From Octopus sinensis (taxonomy: Eukaryota): DNA of 9,564 bases. Position numbers and translations under genes: made by a program. The first letter of the stretch is position 1; each line of letters begins with the position of its first letter. The notes beneath the pieces were generated by a model. That model was not told the origin of the DNA, searched no databases, and was given only the letters and a program-made list of their open reading frames with translations. Below, piece after piece: positions 1-6,532 of this stretch. Location: NCBI RefSeq assembly GCF_006345805.1, contig NW_021827908.1, positions 1 to 9,564 of the forward strand, written 5' to 3'.

Positions 1-693
1 CCTGAAAGTGGGCGACCATGGTGGGGGGCGAGACCAAACACTGAGATGTCATCTAGGGAATGGCCGGCCGAGCGGAAGTGGCGTGCGATGGAGAAAGAGA
101 GTGTAGGCGAACGTCCCTCAAGTGTTCATGAAACGGTCGGACAACCGGCGTCCCGTCTGTCCTACATACAGCATCCCGCATAGGTTGCATTTAATGCAGT
201 AAATAAGGCCAGACGAGGTGCACGTAAAAGAGTGCCTAATGCGTACAGTGTGCAGGTTGGAGCCGGTGACAGCGGTGGTGTTGGTGATGAAGGGGCAAGT
301 GTTGCAACGGGATCTAGAGCAAGGGAATGATCCGTGTGGGGCTGAGAGGGAAAGAGAGAGGGTGCTGTGGACCAGGAGTCACGCAGATTGCGGGCTCGTT
401 TGAAAGAGGACAGGGGTAGGTTAGGGAAAATGGGGGGCGGGTGTGGGATCAAGCTGGAGGCGACGGAAGGCACGTAGTATCTTGCGACGAAGGGGTAGGG
501 TAGAGGGGTGGAAAAGGAGGGGGAAGGGGTGCGGTTGGGGGGTGGGCGGGGAAGAGACAGGGCGGTAGTGCGGTCGATGCGACGGGCGCGGGTGAGGGCA
601 TCAGAGAGGAGTATGGGTGGGTAACCTCGGAGTCTGAACATGCGGGCCAGGTATTGAGATTGGGTTCTCGAAATCCTGGTCGCGGCTGCACAA
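1..693 (-). mobile_element. Penelope-like retroelement (PLE) fragment: RT C-terminal/thumb region, Cys-rich linker and GIY-YIG endonuclease. It is 5'-truncated at the (TA)n tract and runs off the window start
   Basis: Manual minus-strand translation with six +/-1 shifts gives LCSRDQDFE/QSQYLARMFRLRGYPPILLSDALTRARRIDRTTALSLPRPPPNRTP/FPLLFHPSTLPLRRKILRAFRRLQLDPTPAP/IFPNLPLSSFKRARNLRDS/LVHSTLSLSLSAPHGSFPCSRSRCNTCPFITNTTAVTGSNLHTVRIRHSFTCTSSGLIYCIKCNLCGMLYVGQTGRRLSDRF/HEHLRDVRLHSLS/IARHFRSAGHSLDDISVFGL. RGYP (618-629), NLRD, LIYCIxCxxCxxxYVGQT (154-207), RFxEH and IARHF are hallmark PLE motifs. Confidence 0.88.
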
Positions 694-724
694 AATATAT
701 ATATAAATATATATACATATATAT

Positions 725-761
<37 letters not shown>
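694..761. repeat. (TA)n microsatellite, slightly interrupted
   Basis: Read directly from the sequence. Confidence 0.97.
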
Positions 762-762
<1 letters not shown>

Positions 763-1149
763 CTCTTTACTCTTTTACTTGTTTCAGTCATTTGACTGCG
801 GCCATGCTGGAGCACCGCCTTTAGTCGAGCAAATCGACCCCAGGACTTATTCTTTGTAAGCCCAGTACTTATTCTATCGGTCTCTTTTGCCGAACCGTTA
901 AGTGATGGGGACGTAAACACACCAGCATCGGTTGTCAAGCAATGCTAGGGGGACAAACACACACATACATATATATATATATACATATATACGACAGGCT
1001 TCTTTCAGTTTCCGTCTACCAAATCCACTCACAAGGCATTGGTCGGCCCGGGGCTATAGCAGAAGACACTTGCCCAAGATGCCACGCAGTGGGACTGAAC
1101 CCGGAACCATGTGGCTGGTTAGCAAGCTACTTACCACACAGCCATTCCT
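762..1149 (-). mobile_element. Full-length tRNA-derived SINE with CORE-like segment and internal (CA)/(TA) microsatellite
   Basis: Minus strand shows A box TGGCTGTGTGG (1134-1144), B box GGTTCAGTCCC (1091-1101), CORE-like CTTGGGCAAGTGTCTT (1063-1078), an internal microsatellite (about 955-991) and a 3' tandem tail AAGAGT-AAAAGAGT (762-779). A diverged paralog of the 3' half lies at about 3937-4220. Resemblance to octopus SINE families is from recall only. Confidence 0.85.
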
Positions 1150-1192
1150 ATATATATATATATTTATATATATATACATATATATATATATA
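1149..1192. repeat. (TA)n microsatellite
   Basis: Read directly; with 694-761 it brackets the SINE. Confidence 0.95.
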
Positions 1193-1538
1193 ATTAAATA
1201 ATAAGGGCAGAAATTGATATTAATCAATTAAAACCAGTAGCTTAGCGTATTTAAAAAATCCGAAGATTACAAATTGTGTTACATACAAAATTTAGAGGAA
1301 TGACCACTGAATTGGACAACCTATATGCTAAACATAGACGTCACATTTTGTTTTTTTTGCTGAGATTTTTCTTGAGAACACATTCTTCGTGGTAATGGTG
1401 ATATGACGTCTATGTAAACATAGTGGACAGCCTATTCTTACCTACGAAAATTGTATGTTGTTGACGTCATAAGAATGGTTATAAATTTCGAAAGACGTAA
1501 TATAATGATAGAATGACACGCACACACAGGTGTGTGTG

Positions 1539-1602
<64 letters not shown>
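1539..1602. repeat. Perfect (TATC)16 microsatellite
   Basis: 64 bp of uninterrupted TATC units, preceded by a short (CA)n-GG-(TG)n fold-back. Confidence 0.97.
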
Positions 1603-1605
<3 letters not shown>

Positions 1606-1948
1606 GCAAAAAAAAAATAAAAGAAAGAAATATAACATGTGACTTCATTGACCGAGGTTACCGTGGTATTTTCCGTAGGCTTTTCTTTCCACGGGTAAAC
1701 CTCACCTGTCCTCCCCTTTACACTTCATATTGACATTTCTGTGATTACGATCCCTATTGATCAACTTTTTTTCCTCTCCCCTTTTCTTTTTTTCTTTTCC
1801 CTCTCCCCCCTTTTTTTGTCCTCTTTCTTTCCTTTTACGATCCCTTTTGATCGAAAACCAACCCCCCTTTTTTTTACCCCCAAAAGAAAAGCTCTACCTT
1901 GTAATTTGTTCTGTCTGTGTGCAGCCCTGTGTGGCTAATAAAGAAACA
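1603..1948 (+). mobile_element. Candidate retroelement 3' remnant inserted into a (TATC)n tract
   Basis: Bounded by (TATC)n on both sides (1539-1602 and 1949-1962). It contains a hairpin (1654-1703), an 18-bp direct repeat, a polypyrimidine tract and AATAAA (1937-1942) just before the right microsatellite. No coding or terminal motif identifies the family. Confidence 0.3.
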
Positions 1949-2225
1949 TATCTATCTATCTATAGGTGCAAACTATATATTGTAAACCAGGTTACGCTTA
2001 TCACGAATAAATCTGAGATAACACGGGTCGGTAATCAGTCGAATATTCTGCAAAAGCGATCCCCAGCGACAGTCTGCAATTCTCAGCTAGCCAGAACACT
2101 CTGACCATTGCTTGTGTTTATATTCCTGTGAGGTGAGGCTGCGTATTTCTTGTACGGATTTGCGTATTCGTACCAATCAACATGAGACCAGTGAACAAAA
2201 AATAATGCAAGTGCATTCTGTAGAG

Positions 2226-2346
2226 CAGTGGTTCTCAACCAGAGTCCATATAAGGTTGGGGGAGGGTTCACTCTGCAAAATAGTAAACTGAGAATCTACA
2301 ATATTTTGTAGATTCCATGGATTTAAAAAACGGTTGAGAACCCTTG
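2226..2346. mobile_element. hAT-superfamily (Charlie/Buster-like) MITE, 121 bp
   Basis: Terminal inverted repeats are CAGTGGTTCTCAACC (2226-2240) and GGTTGAGAACCCTTG (2332-2346), 13/15 complementary. The 8-bp TSD is CTGTAGAG (2218-2225) / CTCTAGAG (2347-2354), matching the nTCTAGAn target preference of this group. Confidence 0.87.
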
Positions 2347-3105
2347 CTCTAGAGAAAAAGTTAGGGTTGATAAAAAAAATACGTGATGATGGAAGCCACA
2401 CTGTTGTGGGCTGCGGGCTTGATATCAATGAATCTACCGTTTATTCCATTTATAAGGTGTGTAGAGATTATTCATTTATCACTGATACATATATCACTGT
2501 TTTTTAGGAACCATCCCCTCGTGAAAAACGAGAATAGATGTAGTTCTGTACACAAGCGTAATTATTTTCACAGTTGAGCAGTTCAATTAAACTTAAGCAC
2601 TATATTATACTATTGATGATATTTTTTTTTTATTTTGCCTGTGTGTGTTTCTCTTTGAAGAGCAAAAGAAAAGTACACCCAAGTAGCATCTCAATTCAGA
2701 TTGCCGTTTGAGGACATTAAAATCTCCGAAGAATTTTTTGTTCAACGCACTTTCATATCGACTAACACTTATCCAATTCAATCTTGTCCTTCTACTTCGA
2801 TATTTATTTTAATTTTAATTTTCTCATTTTCACCAAATTCCTCACTCACGTGGCTCGATGACTAGAGAGGAAACCAAATGATCGGCCAATCTTTCGTTAA
2901 GAGATATTTTACAAAAAAAAAAAACCATATCGTTTCTTTCTCCCTAGGAAAAAATCGACAGCATAATTTAGCCATTAAAATTGACTAACAACTCGAGATA
3001 GACTCTAAAGTCATGTATTTTAATTAGCCATGCTCCTGCGTAGGTGAAATATGATAAGACAAACCGTCAAAAATTGGATCAGCCGCCAAATATTTTACAT
3101 TTAAT

Positions 3106-3140
<35 letters not shown>

Positions 3141-3170
3141 TAGTAGTTGTTGTTGTTGTTGTTTTTGTTG
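3106..3170. repeat. Compound trinucleotide microsatellite (GCA)n(GTA)n(GTT)n
   Basis: Read directly. Confidence 0.95.
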
Positions 3171-3417
3171 CTGTTATTGTCTATCCTCAGGACACTATAG
3201 CTAAAGGTATCCCAATCATGACCATCCCGCCTTTAATCTTGTACTAGCAAGACTTTCCTGTAATCAATGTATGCCCTTCTTTATCAAAGAGTTTGACTTT
3301 TATAGAAATTTGGTTGCCATTTTTATTAAACCGGGTAACCGACTGCTTAGAGGTTTCTTCATTGGCTGGCAGCAGCAGAAGCAGCAGCAACAACAACCGC
3401 CAAATATTTTACATTTT

Positions 3418-3418
3418 A

Positions 3419-3455
<37 letters not shown>

Positions 3456-3549
3456 GGTGGTGGTGGTCGTGGTGGTGGTGGTGTTGGTGGTGGTCGTGGT
3501 CGTGGTGGTAGTAGTTGTAGTAGTGGTGTTGGTTTTGTTGGTGGTGGTT

Positions 3550-3593
<44 letters not shown>

Positions 3594-3594
3594 T
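3418..3594. repeat. Compound trinucleotide microsatellite (TAG)n(GTG)n...(TAG)n
   Basis: Read directly; it explains the poly-V/poly-T/poly-P ORFs in the track. Confidence 0.95.
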
Positions 3595-3936
3595 GCGTGG
3601 GCTTTAACATAGGTAGCAACATAGCTTTTCTTGGTATTTTTCGCTTTTTCAATAGATTTTCTTTGCATATAGTCTTACTGCAATTCAAACCGGATCTTCT
3701 TGATACTCCGCGATTGGCTGACCCAGTGATTGCTGGTTTACATTTCACCGAGCTCTAAAGGTTAATGCAGCTGCGGCTGTTTCAGTTGTGCAATTGCTAT
3801 TGTTATTAGTATTGCAGATATCTTCCTTGTTTAGCGCAAGGGCATGACCTGATCAGGTATTAAAAAAACACAAGGTGCAAAAATTTAAAGTATTCAGTTA
3901 ATCATTGGAACGACAAAATACTAAAAGCATATACGT

Positions 3937-4220
3937 TATTCTTTTACTTATTTCAATTATTGAATTGCGGCCATGCTGTAGCAGCGTCTTCAAGTACTTT
4001 TGCAGATCAATCAAATCAAATCGACTCTAGTTCATGCTTTATTAATTAATCAATTAATTAATTTATTTATTTATTTATTTATTATTATTATTTATTATTT
4101 TTTAAAAGTTTGGTACTTAAACTGTCAGACTTTCTTGCCGAACTGCTAAGTTACAGAAACGTAAACAAACCAACCCCAGTTGTCAAGCAGATGGGGAGGC
4201 AAAGATTATGACAAACGCAC
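3937..4220 (-). mobile_element. Older, 5'-truncated copy of the SINE at 762-1149 (3' half only) with an internal (TTTA)n/(TTA)n expansion
   Basis: Collinear matches to 770-955: CTTTTACTT.TTTCA, TGCGGCCATGCTG.AGCA, AAATCGAC, GTACTTA, TTGCCGAAC.G.TAAGT, ACGTAAACA.ACCA.C, GTTGTCAAGCA. Confidence 0.75.
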
Positions 4221-4229
4221 ATATATAGA

Positions 4230-4306
4230 TGTGTGTGTGTGTGTATGCATGTATGTATGTATGTATGTTTGTATGTATGTATGTATGTATGTATGCGTAT
4301 GTATTC

Positions 4307-4337
<31 letters not shown>

Positions 4338-4356
4338 AGTATGTATGTATGTATAT
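4230..4356. repeat. Compound (TG)n(TATG)n(TA)n microsatellite
   Basis: Read directly. Confidence 0.95.
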
Positions 4357-4399
4357 AGTAATAACAACAATCCTTGGGTGGAATTTACAAACATTTAAT

Positions 4400-4456
4400 A
4401 CATGGCTACGCGCGTTTCCACAAATCACATATTTCTTAAGCCTCATTAGACTGTAG
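4400..4456 (-). ncRNA. Decayed minimal type I hammerhead ribozyme motif (probable 3' tip of a PLE)
   Basis: Minus strand reads TACAGT-CTAATGA-GGC..18 nt..GTG-GAAA-C-GCGC-G-TA-GCCATGTA. The core has G5A relative to CUGAUGA, and the stem II closing pair is broken (G.G). Stem III with a GCGC loop and GUA site is intact. About 45 nt downstream it runs into a microsatellite. Confidence 0.4.
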
Positions 4457-4658
4457 CCTGCATAATGGTATAGAACCTACGTTTCCCGTGAACAAATTAT
4501 ATATATATATATACGAACTTTATGTTAGTTAAAATACGTTCGTGACATATTCAAACTTTTAAAGGCAAGTTCACTGCAGCCGTTGTGGAGAGAACATTCT
4601 TTTTTATGGTAAAAGTTATAAAAACATTATATCTGCCCAGTGCTTCTCTCTTCAGCGT

Positions 4659-4700
4659 TTCCCACTGAGGAAAGCTAAACCAGAAACGCGCGTCAGGGAA
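4659..4700 (+). ncRNA. Minimal type I hammerhead ribozyme-like motif of the PLE pseudo-LTR type, with degenerate stem II
   Basis: TTCCC-A-CTGAGGA(4665-4671)-AAGCTAAACCA-GAAA(4683-4686)-C-GCGC-G-TC(4694)-A-GGGAA. All core nucleotides CUGANGA/GAAA/GUC are present, stem I is TTCCC/GGGAA with an A.A mismatch next to the core, and stem III has a palindromic tetraloop. Stem II cannot be paired convincingly. Confidence 0.6.
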
Positions 4701-5083
4701 TCTGTGGATGTAGCCAGGTTCCGAGCTTAAATTTCTTCTAGTGGTAGTCAGTTTGATTCAAATGTCTTCAGCCCACTGAAATTAATTTGAGCAGAACCAG
4801 AGTTGCTAGCTCCCTAAGTTGGTAAACTATGTTGTAGAAAGTCCGTTGTTTGAGCTTGATATACCTGTGGGTGTGCCAGTCTATTTCTTAGTTGCTTTGT
4901 TTTTCTGACTAAGCCTTTCATCAGGTTCAGAGGTCGTAGTTGCTGCTGGAGTTGCAACTGTCACTATTTAGGATTTGAAAGGAAATATTTGAAGCATGAC
5001 GGCCTAGATATACTGTGGGTGCATTTCAGATAAACAGAACAGAAACATTGTAAAGTTTAAACAGGATATAAATATATTAGTGT

Positions 5084-5465
5084 GGAGGTGCAATGGCCCA
5101 GTGGTTAGGGCAGCGGACTCGCGGTCATAGGATCGCGGTTTCGATTCCCAGACCGGGCGTTGTGAGTGTTTATTGAGCGAAAGCACCAAAAGCTCCACGA
5201 GGCTCCGGCAGGGGATGGTGGTGATCCCTGCTGTACTCTTTCACCACAACTTTCTCTCACTCTTACTTCCTGTTTCTGTTGTACCTGTATTTCAAGGAGC
5301 CGGCCTTGTCACTCTCTGTGTCACGCTGAATATCCCCGAGAACTACGTTAAGGGTACACGTGTCTGTGGAGTGCTCAGCCACTTACACGTTAATTTCACG
5401 AGCAGGCTATTCTGTTGATTCGGTTCAACCGGAACCTTCGTCGTCGTTACCGACGGAGTGCTTCC
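5084..5465 (+). mobile_element. Full-length tRNA-derived SINE (second family, possibly tRNA-Arg-related), 382 bp, with perfect TSD
   Basis: A box TGGCCCAGTGG (5094-5104), B box GGTTTCGATTCC (5137-5148), 3' hairpin CTTCGTCG/CGACGGAG (5436-5458). It is flanked by the identical 14-mer AAATATATTAGTGT at 5070-5083 and 5466-5479. Confidence 0.92.
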
Positions 5466-5619
5466 AAATATATTAGTGTCATTGTAGTTATTGAAGACAT
5501 TGTTTTGTTTTTATTTTGTTATTGTATAAAAACAATGTTATCTCAGTTTGAGCAAATCTATAATTAAAGACGTTCAAGCCGAGATCATCCCACTTTTTAT
5601 TCCGCACCTAGTGTTTCTC

Positions 5620-6520
5620 TGAAGAGTTTCAGATTTGACCAAATTCACAGAAAAAGAATTAACTGGGAGAAGTCAGAATCTTCGTCCCAGTGTCCCATGT
5701 TGTAATCCAAGAAGAAAGAGCAAAGAGAAAAATGATATTTGTGTTTTAAAAAGGATAGCGTGGCAGTTCCACTCTTTGAAACAGCAACTTGAAAAAGAAG
5801 AAACCACTACACGAAATATTTGGCAATATTCTCTCTCAGACAAGATAGTTAACACTTATGATACTGTTTACTGTACATCCAGACCGAAGACTCAAACAAA
5901 ATGCAAGCTGAAATAGGCATACGTCCGTCTATATATTTGTACCCCAGTATACAGGAAGGAGAAATATAAGGGTGTACATCAGGAACATTGGAAATGATAT
6001 AGATTCGTGGTTTGTTAATTGTATTGCAGTAGTATTGGTCGATGGTCAGTATGGGGTTAACGTGAGGCGGCGCGAATTGGCGCGAGGCAACGTGTGGTCA
6101 CGAGGGCCAAGATAGATTTCAAAGCCCTAATGATTCCGAAGGTCACAAGGTCATATCAGAGTTGTGCTCATTTGAGGACAAGAAGACAAAGAGCATGAAA
6201 CTGGCAATGTAGAGCAAAATTCCATCCTTGTTATTTTCGTGTGGTAGCAAATTTCATTCTGAGAGCCTTTTTCTCTGAACAAATGAGGGAACTAGGGAAA
6301 GCGAAGGAGAGAAAAAAACTGAAATAGTAACAAAATAGAAAATCTCAGTTGCTGGAGAACCACCAGTCACAGATTCGGAGGTCCCTATCATCATGTCCTA
6401 TCCTGAAAACAAGCGAGTAGGCTCCTCACACCCATCGCCGACTGTAGCAGCAAAACCCTATCTTGTGATGAGAAGTAGAAAATGCAGGAGAACCATGAAG
6501 GTAAAAGCATCATCACTGTA
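5620..6520 (+). pseudogene. Possible heavily decayed non-LTR retrotransposon ORF1 (L1/Tx1-like)
   Basis: A stop-free frame at 5912-6112 (NRHTSVYIFVPQYTGRRNIRVYIRNIGNDIDSWFVNCIAVV...) resembles the PxYxGRRxxRVxIxxVxxxIxxxW segment I recall from cephalopod LINE ORF1 proteins. It is followed by a broken knuckle-like KP**FRRSQGHIR and A/G-rich, E/K/P-rich low-complexity frames. Many stops; similarity judged by eye. Confidence 0.3.
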
Positions 6521-6532
6521 AATATAGACATA

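Noticed and set aside
420-552. G-rich plus-strand tract with quadruplex potential
   Set aside because: It is explained as the antisense of the C-rich, Pro/Leu-coding PLE linker, with no independent evidence of function.
162-938. 258-aa minus-strand ORF
   Set aside because: It is a chimeric read-through of the SINE 3' half, the (TA)n tract (YIYIYI) and alternating in-frame and out-of-frame PLE sequence, not a gene.
1190-1320. Possible further PLE terminus beginning at the (TA)n tract
   Set aside because: It resembles recalled octopus repeat ends, but no hammerhead core or coding motif is visible on either strand.
3044-3748. Poly-V, poly-T, poly-Q and poly-P ORFs
   Set aside because: These are translations of (GTA)/(GTG)/(GCA) microsatellites.
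4865-4965. Possible minus-strand host exon (VTVATPAATTTSEPDERLSQKTKQLRNRLAHPQ) between AG and GT
   Set aside because: The polypyrimidine tract is weak, the peptide is unrecognisable and no partner exons are identifiable; it would need RNA-seq support.
5084-5160. tRNA gene
   Set aside because: A and B boxes are present but there is no complete cloverleaf or acceptor stem, and the sequence continues as a SINE body bounded by a TSD.
5619-5655. CTGAAGA followed by GAAA as another hammerhead
   Set aside because: No stem II, stem III or closing stem I can be formed.
6069-6085. Paired E2F-like sites GGCGCGAA / TTGGCGCG overlapping an ATTGG (CCAAT) box
   Set aside because: There is no adjacent gene start or CpG island, and it lies inside a putative decayed retroelement frame, so it is likely incidental.
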